From the human T2T-CHM13v2.0 reference genome, Homo sapiens: DNA of 64,000 nt. The stretch lies in the NCBI RefSeq assembly GCF_009914755.1, contig NC_060940.1; one strand, 5' to 3'. Both the position numbers and the translations under genes were made by a program. Each line of letters opens with the position of its first letter. Positions within the stretch are counted from its first letter, which is position 1. Below are positions 30,802 to 45,112 of this stretch, one piece after another. The notes beneath the pieces were generated by a model. It searched no databases and had not been told where the DNA came from. It saw only the letters and a list, made by a program, of their open reading frames with translations.

Positions 30802-33800
30802 CTATGGTTCCACAGGTTTCCATTCGTGTCCATTCCATTATTCCATTCTATTCCATTTGATGATGATTCCATTCGATTCCATTCATTGGTGATTCCACTC
30901 AATTCCATTCAATGATTCCATTCCATTTCTTTCAACAATGATTCCATTAGTTTCTAATCGATGATCCACTTGATTCCATTTGACGACGATTCCATTCTTG
31001 TCCATTCGATGATTCCATTTGATTCCATATGATGATGATTCCATTCGATTCCATACCATGATGATTCCATTCGAGTCCATTCAATGGTGATTCCATTCAA
31101 TTCCATTCGATGATTCCTTTCGATTCCATTCAATGATGATGGCATTCGATTCCTTTCAATCATTCCCTTTGATTCCATTCAAAGGTGATTTCATTCAAGT
31201 CCATTCGATAATTGCATTCGATTCCATTCTATGATGATTCCATTCGAGTCCATTTGATGATTCCATTCAATTCAAGTCAATGATGATTCCATTCAATTCC
31301 ATTCGATGATTCCATTGGATTCCATTCGATGATGATTCCATTCAAATCCATTCGATAATTCAATTCAAGTCCATTCGATGATGATTCCAATCGAATCCAT
31401 TCAAAGATTCCATTCTGTTCCATTCGATGATTCCCTTAGATTCCATTCGATGATTCCACTTGATTGCATTTACGATGATTCCATTCGATTCCATGTGATG
31501 ATTCCATTCAATTCTATTCAATGATGTCTCCATTTGATTCCATTCGACCATGATTGCCTTTGATTCCATTCAATGATTCCATTCGGTTCCGTTTGATGAT
31601 GATTCCGTTCGATTCCATTTGATGATTCCATTTGATTCCATTGGATGAGTCCATTCGATTACATTCGATGATTATTCCATTCGAGTGCATTAGATGATTC
31701 CATTCGAGTCCATTCGATGATTCCATTCGATTCCATTCGATGTTGATTCTGTTCAAATCCATTCGATGATTCCACTCGATTCCATTCGTTGACTCCATTT
31801 GATCCCATTTGATGATTTCCTTTGATTCCCTTTGATGATCATTCCATTTGATTCAATTCGGTGATTTCATTTGATTCCATTCAGTGATGTTTCCATTCGA
31901 CTCCATTCGATGATGATTCCATTCGACTCCATTCGATTATGATTTCATTCAATTCCATTCGATAATGATTCCCTTCGAGTCCATTCGATGATTCCATTCG
32001 ATTCCATTCAACGATGATTTGATTCGTGTCCATTCGATGATTCCATTTGATTCCACTTGACGATGATTCCATTCGAGTCCATTTGATGATTCCATTCAAT
32101 TCCATACTCCGATGATTTCTTTTGAGCCCACTCAATGCTTCCACTCGATTCCATATGATGATGACTCCATTCGATGAAATTCGATGATGATTCCATTCGC
32201 TTGCTTTCGATGATGATTCCACTTGAGTCCGTTAGAAGATTCTATTCAATTACATTCCATGACGATTCCGTTCGAGTCCATTTGATGATTCCATTAGACT
32301 CCATTCGACGATGATTCCATTCGATGTTATTCCATGATTCCATTCGATCTCATTCGATGATGATTCCATTCAACTCCATTCGATGTTTCCATTCGAGTTC
32401 ATTCTATTATTCCATTAGATTCCATTCGATGATGATTCCATTCGATTCCATTTGATGATTGCATTCTATTTCATTTGATGATGATTCCATTCGAGTCCAC
32501 TCGATGATTCCATTCGAGTCCATTTAATGAATCCATTGGTTTCAATTCTATGATGATTACATTGGATTCCATTCGTTGATGATTTCATTCGGTTCCATTC
32601 AATGATGATTCCATTCAATTCCTTTCAATGTTTCCATTCAATTCCATACGATGATGATTCCATTTGATTTGATTCGACAGTGAGCCATTCGATTCAATTC
32701 CATGATGATTCTATTTGATTCAATTGGTTGACATTTCCATTCGATTCCATTCGATGATGATTCCCTTTGATTCCGTTCAAAGATGATTCCATTCTAGCCC
32801 ATTCAATCATTCCATTCGATTCTATTCAATGATGATTCCATTCATGTCGATTTGGTGATTCCATTTGACTTCATTTGATGATGATTCCTTTCAAGTTCAT
32901 TAGATGATTCCATTCGATTCCATTTGATGATGATCCCATTCGAGTCCATTCAGTGATTCCATTCGTTTCCATTCCATGATGATTCCATTCCTTTCCATTC
33001 AATGATTCCATTCGATTCCGTTTGATGATGATTTCATTCGAGTCCATTTGATGATTCCATTTGATTCCATTCGATGATGATTCCATTCGAGTCCATTCGA
33101 TGATTCTATTCGAATCCATTTGATGATTTCTTTTGATTATTTTTGGTGATGATTCCATTGGAGTCCATTCAATGATTCCATTCTATTCCAATCGATGATG
33201 ATTCCATTAGAGTCCATTTAATGATTCCATTGGATTCCAGTCTCTGATGATTACATTCGAGTCCATACGATGATTCCACTCAATTCCATATGATGATGAT
33301 TCCATTTGATTCCATTCGGTGATTCCATTCTATTCTATTCAATGGTGATTCCATTCGAGTACATTAGATGATTCCATTCGATTCCATTCAATGATGATTC
33401 TATTTGTGTCCCTTAGATGATTCCACATGATTCCATTACATGATGATACTATTTGAGCCCATCCAATGATTCCCTTCGATTCCATTCGATGAGGATTCCA
33501 TTCGATTCAATTCATTGGTGATTCTATTCAATTCAATTCTTTGATTCCATTCCATTCCATTCGACAATGATTCCATTCGATTTCTTTCGATGATTCCACT
33601 CGATTCCACTTGACATTGATTCCATTCGATTCCATTCAATGATTCCATTTGATTCCAGTGGATGATGATTGCCATCGATTCCATTCGATCACTCCATTCT
33701 ATTCCATTTGATGATGATTACATTCGATTCCATTTGACGATTCCATCTGATTCTATTCGAGGATTCCATTTGATTCCATTCGATGATGATTCCATTCGAG

Positions 33801-36800
33801 TCCATTTGATGATTTCTTTCGAGTACATCCAATGATTCCATTCGAGTCCATTAGATGATTCCATTTGATTCCATTTGAAAATGATTCTACTAGAGTCCAT
33901 TCAATGACTCCATTCGAGTCCATTCAACAATTCCATTCGACTCCATTCGATGATTCCATTCGATTCCATTTGATGGTTCCATTCGAGTCCATTTAATCAT
34001 TACAGTCGAGTCCATTTGGTGATTCCAATGGATTTCTTTTGATAATGATACCATTCCATTACATTTGATGATGATCCCATTCAATTTCATTTGATGATGA
34101 TTCCATTAGAGTCCATTCGATGATTTCATTCGAGTCCCTTCATTGATTCCATCCGATTTCATTGGATGATGACTCCATTCGAGTCCATTCGATGATTCCA
34201 CTCGATTCCATTAGATGACTCCATTGGAGTCCATTTGATTGTTCCATTCGATTCCATTCGATTCCTTTCGAAGATTATTCCATTTGAGTCCATTCGATGA
34301 TGATTCCATTCCATTCCATTCGATGATTCCGTTTGATTCCATTCGATGATTCCCTTCGATTCCTTTCTTTGATGATTCCATTCCATTCCATTCAATGATT
34401 CCATTCGAATCTATTCCATGATGATTCCTTTCGATTCCATTCGCTGATGTTTCCGTTCAATTCCATTCGATGATGATTCCATTCGATTCCATTCATTGAG
34501 GATTCCATTTGATTCCATTCAATGATGATTCCATTCTATTCCATTCAATGATTGCATTCAATTCCATTCAATGATTATCCCATTAGAGTAAACTCAACGA
34601 TTCCATTCAATACCATTCAATGATGATTCCTTTTGAGTCCATTCAATGATTTCATTCAAGTCCATTTGATGATTCCTTTCAATTCCATTCTATGATGATT
34701 CCATTCGAGTCCATTCGATGATTCCATTCGATTGCATTCGATGATTCCATTATATTCCATTCAACGGTGATTCCATTCGAGTCCATTCCATGATTCCATT
34801 AGAGTACATTTAATGATTGCTTTGTTTTCAATTCGAAGATGATTACATTGGATTCCATTCTATGATACCATTCGATTCCATTCAATGATGATTCCACTCA
34901 AATCCATTGGATGATTCCATTCGTGTCCATTCGGTGATTTCATTAGATTCCATTCGAGGATGATTCCATTCGATTCCATTCGATGATTCCATTCAATTCC
35001 ATTCGATGATGATTCCATTCCAGTCCATATGATCATTCCATTTGATTTCATTCGATGATGATTCCATTCGATTCCTTTCGACGATTCCATTCTATTCCAT
35101 TCGATGATGATTCCATTCGAGTCCATTCGATGATTCCATTCGAGTCCATTTAATGATTCCATTGGGTTCAATTCAATGATGATTACATTGGATTCCGTTC
35201 TATGATTCCATTCAATTCCGTTCATTGACAATTTGATTCCATTCGATGATGATTCCATTTGAGTTCATTCGATGATTCTATTCGATTCTCTTCGATGGTG
35301 ATTCAATTCTATTATATTGGATGATTCCATTCGATTCCATTTGATGTTGATTCAATTCGATTCTATTCGATGATGATTCCATTGGATTTCACTTGATGAT
35401 TCTATTCGATTCCATTCAATGATGATTCACTTCTCGTCCATTGGATGATTCCATTTCATTCCATTCGATGATGATTCCATTCGATTCCATTCGATGATTC
35501 CATTTGATTCCATGCGACGGTGAGCAATTCGATTCAATTCCATGATGATTCTATTTGATTCAATTAGATGATGTTTCCATTCGAATCCATTCCATGATTA
35601 TTCCATTGGAATCCATTCGGCGATGATTCCATATGAGTCAATTCAATGATGATTCCATATGGGTCCGTTCGATGATAATTCCATTTGATTTCATTCGATG
35701 CTTCTATTCTATTCCAGTCGATGATGATTCCGTTGGAGTCCATACGATGATTCCATTTGATTTCATTTGATGATGATTCCATTCGATGATGATTACATTG
35801 GATTCCATTCTATGATTCCATTCAATTCCATTCGTTGATGATTCGATTCCATTCAATGATGATTCCATTTGAGTTCATTCGATGATTCTATTCGATTCCG
35901 TTCGATGGTGATTCAATTCTATTATATTGGATGATTCCACTCGATTCCATTTGATGATTATTCCATTGGAGTCCACTTAGTGAATCCTTTAGATTCTACT
36001 CGACGATGATTCCATTCGAGTCCATTCGATGATACCATTCAATTCCATTCGTTGATGCTTCCATTCAAGTGCATTCGATGATATCATTCGATTCCATTTG
36101 ATGATAATTCCATTTGATTCCATGCGATGATTCTATTCGATTCCATTCAATGATAATTCCATTCAATTCAGTGATTCCTCTGGACTCCATTTGATGATGA
36201 TTCCATTCAATGATTCCATTCGATTCTATTCGAAAATGATTCCATTTGAATCCATTTGATGATGATTCCATTAGATTCCATTTGATGATTCCATTGGAGT
36301 CCATTTCATTGTTCCATTCGATTCCATTCGATTCCTTTCGAAGATTATTCCATTTGAGTCCATTCGATGATGATTACATTCCATTCCATTCGATGATTCC
36401 ATTTGATTCCATTTGATGATTCCCTTCGATTCCTTTCTTTGATGACTGCATTCCATTCCATTCAATGTTTCCATTCGAATCTATTCCATGATGATTCCTT
36501 TCGATTCCATTCGCTGATGTTTCCGTTCAATTCCATTCGATGATGATTCCATTCGATTCCATTCATTGAGGATTCCATTTGATTCCATTCTATGATGATT
36601 CCGTTCTATTCCATTCAATGATTGCATTCAATTCCATTCAATGATTATCCCATTAGAGTAAACTCAACGATTCCATTCAATACCATTCGATGATGATTCC
36701 TTTTGAGTTCATTCAATGATTTCATTCAAGTCCATTTGATGATTCCTTTCAATTCCATTCTATGATGATTCCATTCGAGTCCATTCGATGATTCCATTCG

Positions 36801-38993
36801 ATTGCATTCGATGATTCCATTATATTCCATTCAACGGTGATTCCATTCGAGTCCATTCGATGATTCCATTAGAGTACATTTAATGATTGCTTTGTTTTCA
36901 ATTCGAAGATGATTACATTCGATTCCATTCTATGATACCATTCGATTCCATTCAATGATGATTCCACTCAAATCCATTGGATGATTCCATTCGTGTCCAT
37001 TCGGTGATTTCATTAGATTCCATTCGAGGATGATTCCTTTCGATTCCATTCGATGATTCCATTCAATTCCATTCGATGATGATTCCATTCGAGTCCATAT
37101 GATCATTCCATTTGATTTCATTCGATGATGATTCCATTCGATTCCATTCGATGATTCCATTCTATTCCTTTCGATGATGATTCCATTCGAGTCCATTCGA
37201 TGATTCCATTCGAGTCCATTTAATGATTCCATTGGGTTCAATTCGATGATGATTACATTGGATTCCGTTCTATGATTCCATTCAATTCCGTTCATTGACA
37301 ATTTGATTCCATTCGATGATGATTCCATTTGAGTTCATTCGATGATTCTATTCGATTCTCTTCGATGGTGATTCAATTATATTATATTGGATGATGCCAT
37401 TCGATTCCATTTGATGTTGATTCAATTCGATTCTATTCGATGATGATTCCATTGGATTTCACTTGATGATTCTATTCGATTCCATTCAATGATGATTCAC
37501 TTCTCGTCCATTGGATGGTTCCATTTCATTCCATTCGATGATGATTCCATTCGATTCCATTCGATGATTCCATTTGATTCCATTCGACGGTGACCAATTC
37601 GATTCAATTCCATGATGATTCTATTTGATTCAATTAGATGATGTTTCCATTCGAATCCATTCCATGATTATTCCATTGGAATCCATTCGGCGATGATTCC
37701 ATATGAGTCAATTCAATGATGATTCCATATGGGTCCGTTCGATGATAATTCCATTTGATTTCATTCGATGCTTCTATTCAATTCCAGTTGATGATGATTC
37801 CGTTGGAGTCCATACGATGATTCCATTTGATTTCATTTGATGATGATTCCATTCGATTCCATTCGATGATGATTACATTGGATTCCATTCTATGATTCCA
37901 TTCAATTCCATTCGTTGATGATTCGATTCCATTCAATGATGATTCCATTTGAGTTCATTCGATGATTCTATTCGATTCCGTTCGATGGTGATTCAATTCT
38001 CTTATATTGGATGATTCCACTCGATTCCATTTGATGATTATTCCATTGGAGTCCACTTAGTGAATCCTTTAGATTCTACTCGAAGATGATTCCATTCGAG
38101 TCCATTCGATGGTACCATTCAATTCCATTCGTTGATGCTTCCATTCAAGTGCATTCGATGATATCATTCGATTCCATTTGATGATAATTCCATTTGATTC
38201 CATGCGATGATTCTATTCGATTCCATTCAATGATAATTCCATTCAATTCAGTGATTCCTCTGGACTCCATTTGATGATGATTCCATTCAATGATTCCATT
38301 CGATTCTATTCGAAAATGATTCCATTTGAATCCATTTGATGATGATTCCATTAGATTCCATTTGATGATTCTATTCGATTCCATTCGACGATGATTCCAT
38401 TCGATTCCATTTGATGATTCCATTATATTCTATTCGATGATGATTCCATTCGATTCCATTCGATGATGATTGGATTCGATTCCATTTGATGATTTCATTT
38501 GATTCCATTCGATAATGATTTTGATCAATTCCATTCGATGATTCCATTCGATTCCATTCGATAATGATTACATCCGAGTCCATTCGATGATTCCATTTGA
38601 GCCCGTTCGATAATTCCATTTGAGTCCAATCAATGATTGCATTCATTTCCATTCAATGATTCCATTCGAGTCCATTTGATCATTCCGGTAGGGTCCGTTC
38701 GATGTTGATTCCATTGGAGTGCATTCGATGATTCCATTCGAGTCCAATTTATGATTTGGTTCGAGTCCTTTCGATGATTCCATTCGATTCCACTCGATGA
38801 TGATTTCATTCGAGTCCATTCGACACTTCCAATCGATTCCATTTGATGTTTCCTTTCGAGTCCAATTGATGATTCCATTCAATTCCATTCGATGATGATT
38901 CCGTACGATTCCACTCTGTGATGATTCCAAGTGATTGCATTCAATGATGATTCCTTTCGATTGCATTCGATTATGATTCATTTCGTGTTCATT
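30802..38993 (+). repeat. Expanded HOR unit U6, 8192 bp (6122 + 2070-bp repeated segment)
   Basis: Landmark spacing of 8192; the 132-aa pseudo-ORF occurs twice, at 34860 and 36930 (lag 2070). Confidence 0.93.
34221..38370 (+). repeat. Direct repeat of a ~2.07-kb sub-unit segment (B-type copy, then A-type copy); junction ~36284-36295
   Basis: ccattggagtccattt(g/c)attgttcc at 34221 and 36291; cccattagagtaaactcaacg at ~34580 and ~36650; ccacttagtgaatcc at ~35973 and ~38053. Confidence 0.92.
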
Positions 38994-41900
38994 CTATGGT
39001 TCCACAGGTTTCCATTCGTGTCCATTCCATTATTCCATTCTATTCCATTTGATGATGATTCCATTCGATTCCATTCATTGGTGATTCCACTCAATTCCAT
39101 TCAATGATTCCATTCCATTTCTTTCAACAATGATTCCATTAGTTTCTAATCGATGATCCACTTGATTCCATTTGACGACGATTCCATTCTTGTCCATTCG
39201 ATGATTCCATTTGATTCCATATGATGATGATTCCATTCGATTCCATACCATGATGATTCCATTCGAGTCCATTCAATGGTGATTCCATTCAATTCCATTC
39301 GATGATTCCTTTCGATTCCATTCAATGATGATGGCATTCGATTCCTTTCAATCATTCCCTTTGATTCCATTGAAAGGTGATTTCATTCAAGTCCATTCGA
39401 TAATTGCATTCGATTCCATTCTATGATGATTCCATTCGAGTCCATTTGATGATTCCATTCAATTCAAGTCAATGATGATTCCATTCAATTCCATTCGACG
39501 ATTCCATTGGATTCCATTCGATGATGATTCCATTCAAATCCATTCGATAATTCAATTCAAGTCCATTCGATGATGATTCCAATCGAATCCATTCAAAGAT
39601 TCCATTCTGTTCCATTCGATGATTCCCTTAGATTCCATTCGATGATTCCACTTGATTGCATTTACGATGATTCCATTCGATTCCATGTGATGATTCCATT
39701 CAATTCTATTCAATGATGTCTCCATTTGATTCCATTCGACCATGATTGCCTTTGATTCCATTCAATGATTCCATTCGGTTCCGTTTGATGATGATTCCGT
39801 TCGATTCCATTTGATGATTCCATTTGATTCCATTGGATGAGTCCATTCGATTACACTCGATGATTATTCCATTCGAGTGCATTAGATGATTCCATTCGAG
39901 TCCATTCGATGATTCCATTCGATTCCATTCGATGTTGATTCTGTTCAAATCCATTCGATGATTCCACTCGATTCCATTCATTGACTCCATTTGATCCCAT
40001 TCGATGATTTCCTTTGATTCCCTTTGATGATCATTCCATTTGATTCAATTCGGTGATTTCATTTGATTCCATTCAGTGATGTTTCCATTCGACTCCATTC
40101 GATGATGATTCCATTCGACTCCATTCGATTATGATTTCATTCAATTCCATTCGATAATGATTCCCTTCGAGTCCATTCGATGATTCCATTCGATTCCATT
40201 CAACGATGATTTGATTCGTGTCCATTCGATGATTCCATTTGATTCCACTTGACGATGATTCCATTCGAGTCCATTTGATGATTCCATTCAATTCCATACT
40301 CCGATGATTTCTTTTGAGCCCACTCAATGCTTCCACTCGATTCCATATGATGATGACTCCATTCGATGAAATTCGATGATGATTCCATTCGCTTGCTTTC
40401 GATGATGATTCCACTTGAGTCCGTTAGAAGATTCTATTCAATTACATTCCATGACGATTCCGTTCGAGTCCATTTGATGATTCCATTAGACTCCATTCGA
40501 CGATGATTCCATTCGATGTTATTCCATGATTCCATTCGATCTCATTCGATGATGATTCCATTCAACTCCATTCGATGTTTCCATTCGAGTTCATTCTATT
40601 ATTCCATTAGATTCCATTCGATGATGATTCCATTCGATTCCATTTGATGATTGCATTCTATTTCATTTGATGATGATTCCATTCGAGTCCACTCGATGAT
40701 TCCATTCGAGTCCATTTAATGAATCCATTGGTTTCAATTCTATGATGATTACATTGGATTCCATTCGTTGATGAATTCATTCGGCTCCATTCAATGATGA
40801 TTCCATTCAATTCCTTTCAATGTTTCCATTCAATTCCATACGATGATGATTCCATTTGATTTGATTCGACAGTGAGCCATTCGATTCAATTCCATGATGA
40901 TTCTATTTGATTCAATTGGTTGACATTTCCATTCGATTCCATTCGATGATGATTCCCTTTGATTCCGTTCAAAGATGATTCCATTCTAGCCCATTCAATC
41001 ATTCCATTCGATTCTATTCAATGATGATTCCATTCATGTCGATTTGGTGATTCCATTTGACTTCATTTGATGATGATTCCTTTCAAGTTCATTAGATGAT
41101 TCCATTCGATTCCATTTGATGATGATCCCATTCGAGTCCATTCAGTGATTCCATTCGTTTCCATTCCATGATGATTCCATTCCTTTCCATTCAATGATTC
41201 CATTCGATTCCGTTTGATGATGATTTCATTCGAGTCCATTTGATGATTCCATTTGATTCCATTCGATGATGATTCCATTCGAGTCCATTCGATGATTCTA
41301 TTCGAATCCATTTGATGATTTCTTTTGATTATATTTGGTGATGATTCCATTGGAGTCCATTCAATGATTCCATTCGATTCCAATTGATGATGATTCCATT
41401 AGAGTCCATTTAATGATTCCATTTGATTCCAGTCTCTGATGATTACATTCGAGTCCATACGATGATTCCACTCAATTCCATATGATGATGATTCCATTCG
41501 ATTCCATTCGATGATTCCATTCTATTCTATTCAATGGTGATTCCATTCGAGTACATTAGATGATTCCATTCGATTCCATTCAATGATGATTCTATTTGTG
41601 TCCCTTAGATGATTCCACATGATTCCATTACATGATGATACTATTTGAGCCCATCCAATGATTCCCTTCGATTCCATTCGATGAGGATTCCATTCGATTC
41701 AATTCATTGGTGATTCTATTCAATTCAATTCTTTGATTCCATTCCATTCCATTCGACAATGATTCCATTCGATTTCTTTCGATGATTCCACTCGATTCCA
41801 CTTGACATTGATTCCATTCGATTCCATTCAATGATTCCATTTGATTCCAGTGGATGATGATTGCCATCGATTCCATTCGATCACTCCATTCTATTCCATT

Positions 41901-44900
41901 TGATGATGATTACATTCGATTCCATTTGATGATTCCATCTGATTCTATTCGAGGATTCCATTTGATTCCATTCGATGATGATTCCATTCGAGTCCATTCG
42001 ATGATTTCATTCGAGTACATCCAATGATTCCATTCGTGTCCATTTGATGATTCCATTTGTTTCCATTTGATTATGATTCTACTAGAGTCCATTCAATGAC
42101 TCCATTCGAGTGCATTCAACAATTCCATTCGACTCCATTCGATGATTGCATTCGATTCCATTTGATGATTCCATTCGAGTCCATTTAATCATTACAGTCG
42201 AGTCCATTTGGTGATTCCACTGGATTTCTTTTGATAATGATACCATTCCATTACATTTGATGATGATCCCATTCAATTTCATTTGATGATGATTCCCTTA
42301 GAGTCCATTCGATGATTTCATTCGAGTCCTTTCATTGATTCCATCCGATTTCATTTGATGATGACTCCATTCGAGTCCATTCGATGATTCCACTCGATTC
42401 CATTAGATGATTCCATTGGAGTCCATTTCATTGTTCCATTCGATTCCATTCGATTCCTTTCGAAGATTATTCCATTTGAGTCCATTCGATGATGATTACA
42501 TTCCATTCCATTCGATGATTCCATTTGATTCCATTTGATGATTCCCTTCGATTCCTTTCTTTGATGACTGCATTCCATTCCATTCAATGTTTCCATTCGA
42601 ATCTATTCCATGATGATTCCTTTCGATTCCATTCGCTGATGTTTCCGTTCAATTCCATTCGATGATGATTCCATTCGATTCCATTCATTGAGGATTCCAT
42701 TTGATTCCATTCTATGATGATTCCGTTCTATTCCATTCAATGATTGCATTCAATTCCATTCAATGATTATCCCATTAGAGTAAACTCAACGATTCCATTC
42801 AATACCATTCGATGATGATTCCTTTTGAGTTCATTCAATGATTTCATTCAAGTCCATTTGATGATTCCTTTCAATTCCATTCTATGATGATTCCATTCGA
42901 GTCCATTCGATGATTCCATTCGATTGCATTCCATGATTCCATTATATTCCATTCAACGGTGATTCCATTCGAGTCCATTCGATGATTCCATTAGAGTACA
43001 TTTAATGATTGCTTTGTTTTCAATTCGAAGATGATTACATTCGATTCCATTCTATGATACCATTCGATTCCATTCAATGATGATTCCACTCAAATCCATT
43101 GGATGATTCCATTCGTGTCCATTCGGTGATTTCATTAGATTCCATTCGAGGATGATTCCTTTCGATTCCATTCGATGATTCCATTCAATTCCATTCGATG
43201 ATGATTCCATTCGAGTCCATATGATCATTCCATTTGATTTCATTCGATGATGATTCCATTCGATTCCATTCGATGATTCCATTCTATTCCTTTCGATGAT
43301 GATTCCATTCGAGTCCATTCGATGATTCCATTCGAGTCCATTTAATGATTCCATTGGGTTCAATTCGATGATGATTACATTGGATTCCGTTCTATGATTC
43401 CATTCAATTCCGTTCATTGACAATTTGATTCCATTCGATGATGATTCCATTTGAGTTCATTCGATGATTCTATTCGATTCTCTTCGATGGTGATTCAATT
43501 ATATTATATTGGATGATGCCATTCGATTCCATTTGATGTTGATTCAATTCGATTCTATTCGATGATGATTCCATTGGATTTCACTTGATGATTCTATTCG
43601 ATTCCATTCAATGATGATTCACTTCTCGTCCATTGGATGGTTCCATTTCATTCCATTCGATGATGATTCCATTCGATTCCATTCGATGATTCCATTTGAT
43701 TCCATTCGACGGTGACCAATTCGATTCAATTCCATGATGATTCTATTTGATTCAATTAGATGATGTTTCCATTCGAATCCATTCCATGATTATTCCATTG
43801 GAATCCATTCGGCGATGATTCCATATGAGTCAATTCAATGATGATTCCATATGGGTCCGTTCGATGATAATTCCATTTGATTTCATTCGATGCTTCTATT
43901 CAATTCCAGTTGATGATGATTCCGTTGGAGTCCATACGATGATTCCATTTGATTTCATTTGATGATGATTCCATTCGATTCCATTCGATGATGATTACAT
44001 TGGATTCCATTCTATGATTCCATTCAATTCCATTCGTTGATGATTCGATTCCATTCAATGATGATTCCATTTGAGTTCATTCGATGATTCTATTCGATTC
44101 CGTTCGATGGTGATTCAATTCTCTTATATTGGATGATTCCACTCGATTCCATTTGATGATTATTCCATTGGAGTCCACTTAGTGAATCCTTTAGATTCTA
44201 CTCGAAGATGATTCCATTCGAGTCCATTCGATGGTACCATTCAATTCCATTCGTTGATGCTTCCATTCAAGTGCATTCGATATCATTCGATTCCATTTGA
44301 TGATAATTCCATTTGATTCCATGCGATGATTCTATTCGATTCCATTCAATGATAATTCCATTCAATTCAGTGATTCCTCTGGACTCCATTTGATGATGAT
44401 TCCATTCAATGATTCCATTCGATTCTATTCGAAAATGATTCCATTTGAATCCATTTGATGATGATTCCATTAGATTCCATTTGATGATTCTATTCGATTC
44501 CATTCGACGATGATTCCATTCGATTCCATTTGATGATTCCATTCTATTCTATTCGATGATGATTCCATTCGATTCCATTCGATGATGATTGGATTCGATT
44601 CCATTTGATGATTTCATTTGATTCCATTCGATAATGATTTTGATCAATTCCATTCGATGATTCCATTCGATTCCATTCGATAATGATTACATCCGAGTCC
44701 ATTCGATGATTCCATTTGAGCCCGTTCGATAATTCCATTTGAGTCCAATCAATGATTGCATTCATTTCCATTCAATGATTCCATTCGAGTCCATTTGATC
44801 ATTCCGGTAGGGTCCGTTCGATGTTGATTCCATTGGAGTGCATTCGATGATTCCATTCGAGTCCAATTTATGATTTGGTTCGAGTCCTTTCGATGATTCC

Positions 44901-45112
44901 ATTCGATTCCACTCGATGATGATTTCATTCGAGTCCATTCGACACTTCCAATCGATTCCATTTGATGTTTCCTTTCGAGTCCAATTGATGATTCCATTCA
45001 ATTCCATTCGATGATGATTCCGTACGATTCCACTCTGTGATGATTCCAAGTGATTGCATTCAATGATGATTCCTTTCGATTGCATTCGATTATGATTCAT
45101 TTCGTGTTCATT
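38994..45112 (+). repeat. HOR unit U7, 6119 bp (A-type with a 3-bp deletion)
   Basis: Landmark spacing; gtgcattcgatatcatt at ~44271-44287 lacks one GAT; GAATTC at 40773; GGTACC at 44233. Confidence 0.93.

Noticed and set aside
30802-38993. Unit length of exactly 8192 (2^13), suggesting a file or buffer artefact
   Set aside because: It equals 6122 + 2070, the junction lies in satellite microhomology, and the two copies carry different natural haplotypes, so the number is most likely coincidental. Only read support would fully exclude an artefact.
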